64,000 bases of DNA from Opitutia bacterium (GTDB lineage: Bacteria > Verrucomicrobiota > Verrucomicrobiia > Opitutales > Opitutaceae): positions 416,001-480,000 of the forward strand of contig CANJVR010000002.1 in assembly GCA_947478395.1 (NCBI GenBank), read 5' to 3'. The position numbers and the translations under genes are program-made. This document shows, one piece after another, positions 1-9,688 of the stretch. The notes under the pieces were generated by a model, which was given only the letters and a program-made list of their open reading frames with translations, did no database searches and had not been told where the DNA came from. Positions within the stretch are counted from its first letter, which is position 1; the number at the start of each line of letters is the position of its first letter.

Positions 1-892
1 CAACACCGCACTTCACCTGGCGCGTGAAATCGAGCGGAGTGGGATAAAGCTGCTGCGCCGGATCGTCCACGAGTTGCGCGCCCGAAAAGGCCGCGATGGC
101 CGCCCGCGCGGCCTCGACGGAAACGGGCCGCTCGAACTCGGCATTGATGGCCACCGAGTGCGCCTGCACCACGGGGACGCGCACGCACGTCGCGGAAATC
201 TTCAGGTCGGCCAGCCCCATGATCTTGCGGCTCTCCTGCTGCATCTTTGTCTCCTCGCCCGTGTATCCGTTGGGGCCGAAGGTATCGACCTGCGGGATGA
301 CGTTGAAGGCGATCTGGTACGGATAAATTTTGCGCAACAACGGCGTGCCCTTCACGTGTGCCTGCACCTGCGCCTCGAGTTCTTCGACGGCATCCGTGCC
401 CGTGCCGGAAACGGATTGATACGTCGCGGCAAAATAACGCTTCAGACCAAATGCGCGATGCAGCGGCCACAGCGCCATCAACGTGACTGCGGTGGAGCAA
501 TTCGGATTCGCGATAATGCCCTGGTGTGTGCGCAGCGCCTCGGGATTAATCTCGGGAATGACGAGCGGCACCGCCGGGTCCATGCGATAGGCCGAGCTCT
601 TGTCGATGACGAGACAGCCGGCCTTGACCGCGTCCGGGGCGAGTGCGCGGGTGATCGCGCCGTCGGTGGCGAAGAAAGCGACATCAACGTCAGCGAACAC
701 GCCGGGCCGCGCCTCTTCCACGGTATATTTGCGGCCTGCGCACTCCACGATTTTACCGACCGAGCGCGCCGAGGCAAAGAGCCGCAGCGTGGCGATCGGA
801 AAATTCCGGGCGTGCAAGAGTGACAGCAACTCTTGACCGACGGCACCCGTGGCGCCGACGATACCGACTGTGAAGGAAGGCTTTTTATCCAT
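1..892 (-). CDS. asd: Aspartate-semialdehyde dehydrogenase (runs off the left edge; missing from the ORF track)
   Basis: Manual translation from ATG at 892 gives MDKKPSFTVGIVGATGAVGQELLSLLHARNFP..., later IANPNC (catalytic Cys) and STYQSVSGTG, all typical of Asd. Confidence 0.95.
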   Translation of the reverse strand, partial: MDKKPSFTVGIVGATGAVGQELLSLLHARNFPIATLRLFASARSVGKIVECAGRKYTVEEARPGVFADVDVAFFATDGAITRALAPDAVKAGCLVIDKSSAYRMDPAVPLVIPEINPEALRTHQGIIANPNCSTAVTLMALWPLHRAFGLKRYFAATYQSVSGTGTDAVEELEAQVQAHVKGTPLLRKIYPYQIAFNVIPQVDTFGPNGYTGEETKMQQESRKIMGLADLKISATCVRVPVVQAHSVAINAEFERPVSVEAARAAIAAFSGAQLVDDPAQQLYPTPLDFTRQVKCGV

Positions 893-1427
893 GGAAACGA
901 ATTGGGAGTTGTTCACGAAAACGTGTTCCCTTCTCGGCATCAAGCCCACAGAGCGAGTTCTGCTCGTGAGCATCGGCACCGCGACGCTGCAATTCTATCG
1001 GCACAGTGCGCTCGTGAAGAGCTACGGTATCTCCACGTCCCGCCGTCCGCCGTCCAACGTGAAAAACTCCCTCGGCACGCCGCGTGGCCTGCACGAAATC
1101 GCCGAGCGCATCGGCGCAGGTCAACCGCCGGGCATGGTGTTCAAATCCCGCGTGCCCACCGGTCGGCACTTCAACGAATTTCCCGACGCCGCTTCCGCCG
1201 ACAATCTCATCACGAGCCGCATCCTCTGGCTGCGCGGACTCGAGCCGGACGTGAACCGCGGCGGCGAGGTCGATAGCTATGAGCGCTACATTTACCTCCA
1301 CGGCACCAATCATGAAGCCCGGCTGGGCGAGCCGCTGAGCGCCGGCTGCGTGCTGCTGCGCAATCTCGATATCGTCGAGCTCTACGACGAAGTCCGCGCC
1401 GGCGACCAAGTGTTGATCGCGGACTGA
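891..1427 (+). CDS. L,D-transpeptidase (YkuD family)
   Basis: IYLHGT...SAGCV catalytic His/Cys motif and GTPRG. ATG at 891 is preceded by GAAGGAAGG. Confidence 0.85.
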   Translation: METNWELFTKTCSLLGIKPTERVLLVSIGTATLQFYRHSALVKSYGISTSRRPPSNVKNSLGTPRGLHEIAERIGAGQPPGMVFKSRVPTGRHFNEFPDAASADNLITSRILWLRGLEPDVNRGGEVDSYERYIYLHGTNHEARLGEPLSAGCVLLRNLDIVELYDEVRAGDQVLIAD

Positions 1428-1480
1428 GGCCGAAAATGGAGAAATCCCTGAGATGGCGTCGAAAAAGCATCGGTCTGAAG

Positions 1481-1571
1481 GTAGGGCGGGTTATATCCCT
1501 AACCCGCCGCTGCGACTCGGCTCACAGAGAGAGCAACACTGAACCGGCGCGTTAGGGATAACGCGCCCTAC
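1481..1571. repeat. REP-like doublet, family A (GTAG...CTAC)
   Basis: GTAG-GGCGGGTTA/TAACCCGCC hairpin, spacer GCTGCGACTCGG, then GGCGCGTTA/TAACGCGCC-CTAC hairpin. Related copies at 34424 and 54744. Confidence 0.8.
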
Positions 1572-1649
1572 CCTTTTTAGCCGAGCTCTGAAACGTTTTC
1601 CCAATAATTCTCCTCCTTCAAAGTCGCATCGCTTCCCCATTTTCCGCCC

Positions 1650-2060
1650 ATGCCTTTCTCCTATCATCGCACGATTCACTTTGCCGACACCGACGCGGCC
1701 GGCGTGGTGTTTTTCGCCAACTACCTCGCGCTGTGCCACGAAGCTTACGAGGAGTCGCTCGCCGCCACCGGCATCAACATCGCCCGCTTTTTTTCTGATC
1801 ACGGCATCATCATTCCAATCGCGCGTAGCACGGCGGATTATCTTCGTCCCATGATGTGCGGCGAAAAAATCCGCGTCACGATCACGCCGGTCGTGCTCTC
1901 CGAAAACAGTTTCGCCCTCGATTGCACGATCGCAAAGCTCGGCCCGCCGGAAAAAATCGCGGCCCGTATCCGCACCGAACACGTCTGCATCGCATCGGCC
2001 ACACGCACCCGAATCGCCTTCCCGGCTGCGCTCGCCGACTGGATTAAGGCCGCCGGATAA
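1650..2060 (+). CDS. Hotdog-fold acyl-CoA thioesterase, likely 1,4-dihydroxy-2-naphthoyl-CoA hydrolase
   Basis: FADTDAAGVVFFANYL..CHEAYEE 4HBT-type motif; menE and menC lie nearby. Confidence 0.75.
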   Translation: MPFSYHRTIHFADTDAAGVVFFANYLALCHEAYEESLAATGINIARFFSDHGIIIPIARSTADYLRPMMCGEKIRVTITPVVLSENSFALDCTIAKLGPPEKIAARIRTEHVCIASATRTRIAFPAALADWIKAAG

Positions 2061-2112
2061 CACGCCCTGGCGCGGGTTTTAGCCTGCGTTTCGGGATGCA
2101 ACCGCAGGCTCA

Positions 2113-2208
2113 AGCGGTTTCAGTTTTTCGATGGGCGTTTGGGGTCGCGGCAGGCGTCCCTGCCGGCCGCGACGTTGGGTGTGGCTACGCTTTGGGTTGA
2201 ACCACTCT
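2113..2208. repeat. MITE/REP-like element, family C (short copy)
   Basis: GCGGTTT.AGTTTTT start, GCGGC.GGCGTC.CTGCCGGCC core and GGCTACGCTTTGGGT..AA.CACTCT end are shared with 51938-52077. Confidence 0.65.
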
Positions 2209-2300
2209 CGAAGCATCACGCGCCGCCATCGGTCGAGCCGGAGGACACGGGTCAGCCGGGGAAATAAAAATTAAACCAAGGCTTGATCTCACCGCGCGAC

Positions 2301-2334
2301 CCACTCAGTTGAGTGGCGTTCAACTGAACGCCAC
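2301..2334. promoter_or_regulatory. Tandem palindromes, putative LexA operators
   Basis: CCACTCA-GT-TGAGTGG (2301-2316) overlaps GTGGCGTTCA-AC-TGAACGCCAC (2313-2334), just before the lexA ATG. The GTTC-N4-GAAC core resembles the verrucomicrobial LexA box TGTTC-N4-GAACA (recalled). Confidence 0.7.
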
Positions 2335-2336
2335 CC

Positions 2337-2945
2337 ATGCTCACCGAACGCCAAGATCAAATCCTCGATTTTGTTAAGCAACATCAACGCAGCAACGCCG
2401 TGCCGCCCTCGACCCGCGAGATTGGGCGACAGCTCAGCGCCAGCCAGGCCACGGTGATGGGTCACCTCCGCGCCCTCGCGAAAAAAGGGCAGCTGGAGAA
2501 ACTGGCCGACGGCAAATGGGGCCTCAAAGCCGCCGGGGTGCAGACGCATTTGTTCGAGGCTTCAATTTATGGCACCATCCCCGCCGGCCTGCCCGCCATG
2601 CAGGAACAAACGCCAGATGAAACGATCGTCGTCGATCCTGCGCTTTTTGGCGTGCGCCGCGCCCGGGCTAATTATTTTTGGTTTCTGCGGGTGCGCGGCG
2701 ATTCCATGACGGGCGCCAACATCCTCGATGGCGATCTCGTCGCTCTGGAGCGCCGCGAGCCAAAACCAGGCGACATCATCGCGGCCCTCGTGGACGAAAC
2801 CGACACGACGCTCAAGCGCCTCGTCCGCGAGCACGGCCGACTTTTATTGCGCGCCGAAAACCGGAGCTACGCCGACATCGTGCCGACCCGAGGCCTGGAA
2901 TCCCAGGGCGTGTTTGTCGGCCTGATCCGCAAAGCCTCCAACTGA
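2337..2945 (+). CDS. lexA: LexA repressor
   Basis: LTERQ..IL..PPSTREI winged HTH, Ala-Gly cleavage site (IPAG), VRGDSM catalytic Ser, TLKR catalytic Lys. Confidence 0.92.
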   Translation: MLTERQDQILDFVKQHQRSNAVPPSTREIGRQLSASQATVMGHLRALAKKGQLEKLADGKWGLKAAGVQTHLFEASIYGTIPAGLPAMQEQTPDETIVVDPALFGVRRARANYFWFLRVRGDSMTGANILDGDLVALERREPKPGDIIAALVDETDTTLKRLVREHGRLLLRAENRSYADIVPTRGLESQGVFVGLIRKASN

Positions 2946-3021
2946 TTTTCAGCCCGGCGGCTCACTCCCAAATTTTGTTCTGAACGCATGAAGATCCTCT
3001 TCGCGCTGCGCCCTTCCGACC

Positions 3022-3681
3022 TTGTCCGCGTCCGCCTCCAGTTCTGCCCTCGCCTCGCTTCGCCAACTCCTGAGCGCACGTTTTCCGCAGGCGGCGAGGC
3101 CTCCCTCCTCTACTCTGCCAACCGGCATCGCGGGCCTCGATGAAGCGACCCAGGGCGGCTTGCCGCGCCACGCCCTGACCGAGTTGGTCTGCTCCGTTCC
3201 CAGTTGTGGCGGAGAACTTTTCCTCGGCCAGCTCCTGCACGCGGTGCGCGACAGCGCTGGACGCGTCGCCTTGATCGATACCTCCGACAGCTTCGACCCC
3301 GGTTCGTGGCCGGCCGACGATCTCCGCTGCCTCGTGTGGTTGCGCTGCCGCCAAATCGCTGAGGCCCTGGCGGTCGCCGATCTTTGCGCGCGCGACGCCA
3401 ATCTTGAACTCGTCATCTTCGATCTTCGCCGGGCCGCGGCCAGCGACCTGCGCCGCATCGCGTCGCGCACGTGGTATCGTCTGCAACGCGCCGCCGAGCA
3501 GACCAACGCCGCTTTTGTCGCGTTCACCTCGACGGCTACGGTGCCCAGCGCGCAGCTCCGCCTTACGCTCAACCGTTCCCTCGATTTTGCCGCGCTCTCC
3601 ACGGCCCGACCGGCGCTCACGACGGCGCTCACGATCACAGTTCAGCGTCAGCGTACCGTCTCAATCCATGCGACTGCTTAA
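3022..3681 (+). CDS. imuA: ImuA-like RecA-fold protein
   Basis: LPTGIAGLDEATQGGLPRHALTELV RecA-like N-terminus with a degenerate P-loop; sits between lexA and imuB. TTG start is uncertain. Confidence 0.8.
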   Translation: MSASASSSALASLRQLLSARFPQAARPPSSTLPTGIAGLDEATQGGLPRHALTELVCSVPSCGGELFLGQLLHAVRDSAGRVALIDTSDSFDPGSWPADDLRCLVWLRCRQIAEALAVADLCARDANLELVIFDLRRAAASDLRRIASRTWYRLQRAAEQTNAAFVAFTSTATVPSAQLRLTLNRSLDFAALSTARPALTTALTITVQRQRTVSIHATA

Positions 3682-3696
3682 CGCCGTCCGCGCGCC

Positions 3697-5154
3697 ATGT
3701 TTGCCGTCCTGCACCTCGCTGATTTCGCCCTGCAGGCGGTGCTGCGCACCGATCCAGCCGATGCTCACCGGCCGGCCGCGCTCTTCGCGAGCACCACTAA
3801 AAAATCCGTGGTTTTAGCGCTGAACTCCCGCGCTCGCGCCGCCGGCGTGGAGCTGCGCATGACCGCGCCTCAAGCCGTCGCCCGTTGCCCTTCGCTTCTC
3901 ATCCGTACCGTACAAGCGGCCGCCGAAGCCGAAGCCCGCGGCACACTGCTCGCCATCGGGTTCACGCTTTCGCCGCGCGTCGAAGACACCGCTCCGGGAA
4001 TTTGCAGCGTCGATCTCCAAGGCTGCGATCCGGCGAAAATCTATTCCGCCGCCACGAGTGCCGTCGCCGCCTTAACCCGCCTCGGCTTGCCTGCAACCTG
4101 CGGCCTCGCGGCCACGCCGTTGCTCGCACTCTACGCCGCCCGCGCCGCGAAAAACGTTCTCCGGGTCGAAGAACCCGCAGCTTTTCTCGCTCCGCTGCCA
4201 CTCATAATGGCCGATCCGTCAGCGGAACTCGCCAACGTGCTCGCGCATTGGGGCCTGCGTACGATCGGCGACTTCATCACGCTGCCCCGCGACGAAATCG
4301 TCCGCCGTTTCGGCGCCGATGGCCTTGCCCTGTGGCATCGCGCCAGCGGCGGCGCACCCCGGCCCCTGCGTCCCGTCGCACTCCCTCGCAACTTTTCGGC
4401 CGAAATGGAATTCGCCGACGCGCTCGAAACGCTCGAGCCGCTTCTCTTCGTCGCGCGCCGTCTTCTTGATCGTCTCACGCTGGAATTGAACGCCGCTCAA
4501 CTCGCCACCGCCGAAGTCGAACTGACGTTGTTTCTCGAGGACGAGACCAGGCACGCGCGCACCTTCCGCCTGCCCGAGCCCACCGCCGATCCCGAGATTC
4601 TTTTTCGCCCACTGCACACGCACCTGGAATCGCTGCAAACCGCGACCGCCATCTCCGCGCTTTCGCTTCGTCTCGTGCCGACGCGGCCGCTGGTCCGCCA
4701 GCAAGCCCTCTTTGAAAGCGGCCTGCGCGACGCTCATGGCTTTGCCGAGACCCTCGCGCGCGCCATGGCAATCATCAGCTCCGACCGCGTCGGCACGCCG
4801 CAATGCGATGACACCCATCGCGCCGACGCCGTGACACTGACCACGCCCGCCGTCGTGATCGCGGCGCCCGCCGCCGCTCCGCTCCATCCCGACGTGGGAC
4901 TCCCGCTGCGACGTTATCGTCCGCCGCTTCCGGTGCGGCTCGAGTTCACGGCCGGACGTCCCACGTATCTTTGGACCGAAGCCTTCCACGGCGAAATCGT
5001 GCGTCACGTCGGTCCTTGGCCGAGCAGTGGCGACTGGTGGCAAAACGACCGCGCGTGGCAACGCCAGGATTGGGACATCGCTCTCGCCGCGGGCGGCCTC
5101 TACCGCCTGCTCCTGATCGGCGACGCCTACTTCATCGAAGGCGAGTACGATTAA
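3697..5154 (+). CDS. imuB: ImuB, Y-family polymerase-like accessory protein
   Basis: ARAAGV..RMT..QA..RCP, LEPLLF, C-terminal GPW..SGDWW..D..GxYD; directly upstream of dnaE2. Confidence 0.88.
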   Translation: MFAVLHLADFALQAVLRTDPADAHRPAALFASTTKKSVVLALNSRARAAGVELRMTAPQAVARCPSLLIRTVQAAAEAEARGTLLAIGFTLSPRVEDTAPGICSVDLQGCDPAKIYSAATSAVAALTRLGLPATCGLAATPLLALYAARAAKNVLRVEEPAAFLAPLPLIMADPSAELANVLAHWGLRTIGDFITLPRDEIVRRFGADGLALWHRASGGAPRPLRPVALPRNFSAEMEFADALETLEPLLFVARRLLDRLTLELNAAQLATAEVELTLFLEDETRHARTFRLPEPTADPEILFRPLHTHLESLQTATAISALSLRLVPTRPLVRQQALFESGLRDAHGFAETLARAMAIISSDRVGTPQCDDTHRADAVTLTTPAVVIAAPAAAPLHPDVGLPLRRYRPPLPVRLEFTAGRPTYLWTEAFHGEIVRHVGPWPSSGDWWQNDRAWQRQDWDIALAAGGLYRLLLIGDAYFIEGEYD

Positions 5155-5208
5155 GATGAATTCTGGATTTGAGATTTACGATTTACGAATCGCGAAGCCC
5201 CGAAATCC

Positions 5209-5288
5209 ATGTGGGCGGGGTGCTATCACCCCGCTTCGCGTCGCCGATGAAGTGGCGGCCATGCGGGGCGAGCGCACTCCGCCCACAT
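5209..5288. repeat. REP-like doublet, family B
   Basis: ATGTGGGCGGGGTGC...CCCCGC ... GCGGGGCGAGCGCACTCCGCCCACAT inverted ends. Relatives at 38844, 53442 and 62717. Confidence 0.75.
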
Positions 5289-5319
5289 TTCGATTCTGAA
5301 ATTGCGCCTGCTCTTCGCG

Positions 5320-8300
5320 ATGCCCTACGTCGAACTTCACGCCCGCAGCGCTTTCAGTTTTCTCCGGGGTGGTTCCATTCCCGAAGATCTGATCCAGGCT
5401 GCGCTCGAGGCTGGCCTGCCCGCCGTCGCCCTGCTCGATCGCGATGGGCTCTACGGCGCGCCGCGATTTTACGGCCATGCGCACGAAAATAAATTCGCCG
5501 TGACTCCGCGCGTTGGCGCCGAAATCACGATGGAAGATGGCAGCGTCGTTCCGTTGCTCGTCGCCACGCGCACGGGTTATCAAAATCTCTGCCAGCTCAT
5601 CACCGAGGCAAAATTCACGCCCCGTGCCCCCGGGACCGATCCGGCTTCGAGCGAACGCAAACGACCGTGCTTCGCCACGTGGGCCGAACTCGCGCGTTTT
5701 TCCGAGGGCCTGATCGCCCTCACGGGCGACGAAGAAGGTCCGGTCCGCCGCGCCTGGCAAACGCAAGGTTCCGCCGCTGCCGCCAACGCCCTCGATCATC
5801 TCACCGCGATTTTCGGCGCCGACTCCGACCCATCGCGCGCCCGACTCTTCGTCGAAGTCCAACGTCACCGCCGCCGCGGCGAAGAGCAGGAAGTCGCGTT
5901 CCTCCGCGATCTCGCGTCCGCGCGCCGTCTGCCGTTGCTCGCCACCGGCGGCGTGAATTACGCGCATCCCGCCCACCGCATTGTGGCCGACGTTTTCACC
6001 TGTCTGCGTCTGCACACCACGCTCGACGCCGCGGGCCGCCGCCTCGAGGTCAACGCCCAGCGTTACCTGAAATCCGCCGCCCTCATGCAGGCGCTCTTCG
6101 CCGATCTGCCGGACGCGCTGGAAAATACTGGCCGCCTTGAAAGCCGAATCGAGTTCACGCTGCAGCAACTGGGCTACGAGTTCCCCAGCTATCCGACGGT
6201 CGATGGCGAAACCATGGATCAGTTGCTCCGTCGCGTCACCTACGAGGCTGCACGCAAAAAAGTCGGCGCGTTGTCGACCCGCTGGACCGATCAGCTCGAA
6301 AAAGAGCTGGCGCTCATCCAGAAGCTGAAATTCTCCGGCTATTTTTTGATCGTTTGGGACATCTGCCAGTGGGCCCGCGAGCAGCGCATCCTGGTGCAGG
6401 GCCGGGGCAGCGCCGCCAACAGTGCCGTCTGCTACGTGCTCGGTATCACCGCGGTCGATCCCATTAAAAACCGCCTGCTCTTCGAACGGTTTCTCAACGA
6501 CAGCCGCGTCGGTCCCGATGGCCATCCTTCCTGGCCGGACATCGATCTGGATTTTCCGAGCGGCGAACGCCGCGAGTCGGTCATCCAGGAAGTTTACCAA
6601 CGCTACGGCCGGCGTGGCGCCGCCATGACCGCCAACGTCATCACCTATCGCGGTCGCAGCATTGTGCGTGAAGTTGGAAAAGTCCTCGGCTTCGGCGCAG
6701 ACGCGCTCGACCGTTTTTCCAGCCTCTACGCCAGCGGCGATTTCCCCCCAACGATCGAACTCAAAAAACAGCTCGCGATGTCCGGCATCGCCGCCGAGCA
6801 CCCGCGCGCCGAGGCGATGGCGCGCCTGCATCAATTTTTCAGCCGCGGACTCCCACGTCACCTCGGCCAGCATTCCGGCGGCATGGTTATCTGCCGCGGT
6901 CAGCTGGACCGGGTCGTACCTTTGGAACCCGCCACCATGCCCGACCGCAGCGTTTGCCAGTGGGACAAGGACGACTGCGAAAATCTCGGCATCGTAAAAA
7001 TCGATTTTCTCGGTCTCGGCATGATGGCCACAATGCAGGATACGATCGAGCTCTGCGCGGCCCGCGGCGACAAAACCATCCGCGCCCTCAGCGATATTCC
7101 GCCCGACGATGCGGAGACCTACGAAAAAATCCGCGCCGCCGACACCGTCGGTGTTTTTCAAATCGAGAGCCGCGCGCAAATGGCGACGCTCCCGCGGTTC
7201 AAGCCGCGCAATCTCTACGATCTCGCCATGCAGGTCGCGATCGTGCGCCCCGGACCGATCACCGGCGAGCTCGTCCATCCTCTCATCCGGCGCCGCGAAG
7301 GCTTGGAAAAACCCGACTACATCGACCCCAGCGTCGAGCACATCGTAAAACCCATCCTCGAACGCACGTGCGGTGTGATTCTTTTCCAGGAGCAGCTCCT
7401 GCAACTGGCCATCGAGCTCGCCAAATTTTCCGGCGGCGAGGCCGAACAGCTCCGTCGCGCGATGGGTTTCACTAAGGATCCCTCCCGTTTACCTACATGC
7501 ATGGGAAAACTCGCTGCCGCATTGCGCCGGCAGGGCCACGCGGAGCACGTCGTCGAAAAAGTCGTCCGTGCGACCGCGACATTTTCCGCTTACGGCTTCC
7601 CCGAATCCCACGCCATCGGTTTTGCCATGCTGGCCTACGGCAGCACGTGGCTGAAAATTCACCGGCCAGCCGAATTTTTAGCGAGCCTGCTCAACAACCA
7701 GCCGATGGGATTTTACTCGCCCGCCACCTTGCTGCAGGACGGACGCCGCCATGGCGTGACCGCCCAGCCCGTTTGTGTGGCCGCCTCGCAATGGGACTGC
7801 ACCGTCATCGAAGCTAGGACCATCCGAATCGGCCTGCGCTACGTCAAAGGCGTGCGCCAATCGGCCGTCACCGCCCTGCTCGCTGCGCGCGATGATCGCG
7901 CCTTCGCGTCGATGGACGATTTTCTCCGACGCACCGACTTCACCGCCACCGAACGCCGCGCTCTCGCCGCGGTTGGCGCCTTGGCCGCGATCACGCACGA
8001 CCGCCGCGATGCGCTGTGGAAAGTCGAGGCCGCGTGGTCCGACGACGAAAGTCTCTTCAAGCAATTCGCGGTGGCGGAAGACGAGCCCTCGCCGCTGGCC
8101 GCGATGTCGGTGGCCGAACAGCTCACCGCCGATTTCGCCGGGCTGAACCTCACCGTCGGCGCGCATCCGATGGCGTTGTTGCGTCCCGGCCTCACGGGGA
8201 TTTGTCGCGCAGGGGATCTGGTGCACAAAAAAACCGGCGATCGCGTCACGATCGCGGGCTCGGTCATTTGCCGTCAACGCCCTGGCACCGCCAAAGGTTT

Positions 8301-8517
8301 TGTCTTCATCAGCCTCGAAGACGAAACCGGTGTCGCCAACGCCGTCGTCGTCCCGTCGTTGTTCGAAAAACTGCGGCTGGTCATCACGCAGGAGGCGGCG
8401 CTGCGCATCACGGGGTTCGTGCAAAACGTGGCACATGTGATTCACGTCAAAGCCTACCAGATCGAGCCGCTCCGCGCCGCCGATCTGCCCGCGCAGGCCT
8501 CGCATGATTTTCACTGA
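5320..8517 (+). CDS. dnaE2: Error-prone DNA polymerase III alpha subunit (ImuC)
   Basis: YVELHARSAFSFL PHP start, GRGSAANS, PDIDLDF, YGFPESHA, LNNQPMGFY, RQRPGTAKG, C-terminal SHDFH DnaE2 signature. Confidence 0.96.
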   Translation: MPYVELHARSAFSFLRGGSIPEDLIQAALEAGLPAVALLDRDGLYGAPRFYGHAHENKFAVTPRVGAEITMEDGSVVPLLVATRTGYQNLCQLITEAKFTPRAPGTDPASSERKRPCFATWAELARFSEGLIALTGDEEGPVRRAWQTQGSAAAANALDHLTAIFGADSDPSRARLFVEVQRHRRRGEEQEVAFLRDLASARRLPLLATGGVNYAHPAHRIVADVFTCLRLHTTLDAAGRRLEVNAQRYLKSAALMQALFADLPDALENTGRLESRIEFTLQQLGYEFPSYPTVDGETMDQLLRRVTYEAARKKVGALSTRWTDQLEKELALIQKLKFSGYFLIVWDICQWAREQRILVQGRGSAANSAVCYVLGITAVDPIKNRLLFERFLNDSRVGPDGHPSWPDIDLDFPSGERRESVIQEVYQRYGRRGAAMTANVITYRGRSIVREVGKVLGFGADALDRFSSLYASGDFPPTIELKKQLAMSGIAAEHPRAEAMARLHQFFSRGLPRHLGQHSGGMVICRGQLDRVVPLEPATMPDRSVCQWDKDDCENLGIVKIDFLGLGMMATMQDTIELCAARGDKTIRALSDIPPDDAETYEKIRAADTVGVFQIESRAQMATLPRFKPRNLYDLAMQVAIVRPGPITGELVHPLIRRREGLEKPDYIDPSVEHIVKPILERTCGVILFQEQLLQLAIELAKFSGGEAEQLRRAMGFTKDPSRLPTCMGKLAAALRRQGHAEHVVEKVVRATATFSAYGFPESHAIGFAMLAYGSTWLKIHRPAEFLASLLNNQPMGFYSPATLLQDGRRHGVTAQPVCVAASQWDCTVIEARTIRIGLRYVKGVRQSAVTALLAARDDRAFASMDDFLRRTDFTATERRALAAVGALAAITHDRRDALWKVEAAWSDDESLFKQFAVAEDEPSPLAAMSVAEQLTADFAGLNLTVGAHPMALLRPGLTGICRAGDLVHKKTGDRVTIAGSVICRQRPGTAKGFVFISLEDETGVANAVVVPSLFEKLRLVITQEAALRITGFVQNVAHVIHVKAYQIEPLRAADLPAQASHDFH

Positions 8518-8584
8518 GCGGACCGGACTAGCGCGGCGCTTCAGCCCGCGACTTCGCTCCCGGAACTCGGGCGGACGACTCGCC

Positions 8585-9688
8585 CTACTTCGCCTGCCGT
8601 CTGAGCTCAGCGTGATTGATTTTTCCCTGCGCGTTGCGCGGCCATTCGGCAATCGCGACAAATCGTTTGGGCCGCTGAAACCCCGCCAGGCCCGCGATCG
8701 ATTTCTCGAAATTCGGCGTCCGCTCTGTCGCGGGATAACAGGCCACCACCGTCTCACCCCACTCCGCGTCCGGCACGCCGATCACCGCCACGTCTGAAAA
8801 CTCGCCGCTCGCCCGCAACGCCGCCTCGACTTCGGCGGGCTGCACTTTTTTTCCGCCGGTGATGATCACCGCGTCACGACGTCCCGAGACGTGCAGATGG
8901 CCGCGCGCATCGAAATAGCCGAGGTCCTCGGTCACAAATTCGCGGGTGGTCGACGCCTCCGGCCAGTAGCCGCGAAAGACCGATTCGCCTGCGACTCGCA
9001 CCACATCCGGACCCAAATCGATGCGCGCATGCGGCAACGGCGCACCGGAACTGCGCGCCCCCGCCAGAAATTCCTCCGGACGCAGCGCCGCCACCATCGC
9101 GGCCGTTTCCGTCATGCCATACGAGAGCGAGACCCGCAGCTCCGCCTTGGCCGCAGCTTCGGCCAGCGCGGGCCACACCGGCCCGCCGCCAATGAAAATC
9201 GTCGCAAACCTTCGCAGCCACGCCGTCGCCTCTTCCGACGCGAGCAAGCGCTGCAGCTGCGTCGGCACGAGCGATATCACCCAACTCTCGCCCTGTGCGA
9301 TTGGGGGCCGGGAACCCGCTTCAAGTTGCTTCCAATCCCACGCCACATGTTGACCGCCCGTTGCGGCACATCGCACGCGCGCCATCAATCCGCTCACGTG
9401 GTACGCCGGCAAAACATCCACGGCGTTCACGCGCTCAAATTCGAAGTGCGCGCGAAATCCTTCCACGGCCGCGGTCAACGTGTGTTCGTCATGCCGTGCA
9501 AATTTCAAACCACCGCTGGAGCCGCCCGTGGCAACGCAGAGCCAGCCGTCGGTGATTTCAGATTGCCGGCCTGCGATTTGCGGACGCGCCGAGGATCCCA
9601 AGGAGGGGTCGAACAGGAAAAATAAACCTCCGCGTTCCTCGCCGCAGCCCGTCGCGCGCAGCACCGCGATCAACTCAGCGCGTTCCAT
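8585..9688 (-). CDS. menE: O-succinylbenzoate-CoA ligase-like AMP-binding enzyme
   Basis: TGGSSGGLK, SYGMTET, GRRD.VIITGG adenylation motifs; overlaps the end of menC. Confidence 0.75.
   Translation of the reverse strand: MERAELIAVLRATGCGEERGGLFFLFDPSLGSSARPQIAGRQSEITDGWLCVATGGSSGGLKFARHDEHTLTAAVEGFRAHFEFERVNAVDVLPAYHVSGLMARVRCAATGGQHVAWDWKQLEAGSRPPIAQGESWVISLVPTQLQRLLASEEATAWLRRFATIFIGGGPVWPALAEAAAKAELRVSLSYGMTETAAMVAALRPEEFLAGARSSGAPLPHARIDLGPDVVRVAGESVFRGYWPEASTTREFVTEDLGYFDARGHLHVSGRRDAVIITGGKKVQPAEVEAALRASGEFSDVAVIGVPDAEWGETVVACYPATERTPNFEKSIAGLAGFQRPKRFVAIAEWPRNAQGKINHAELRRQAK

Noticed and set aside
74..823. 249-aa plus-strand ORF in the track
   Set aside because: It is antisense to asd, which the track missed because asd runs off the window edge.
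2976..2986. TGTTC-T-GAACG upstream of imuA as a second LexA box
   Set aside because: The half-sites are 1 bp apart rather than 4, so it does not fit the motif geometry.
5176..7404. 742-aa minus-strand ORF, and similar long antisense ORFs at 35595-37331, 47229-48884 and 24200-25282
   Set aside because: These are shadow frames of well-supported genes in GC-rich DNA, with no recognisable motifs.
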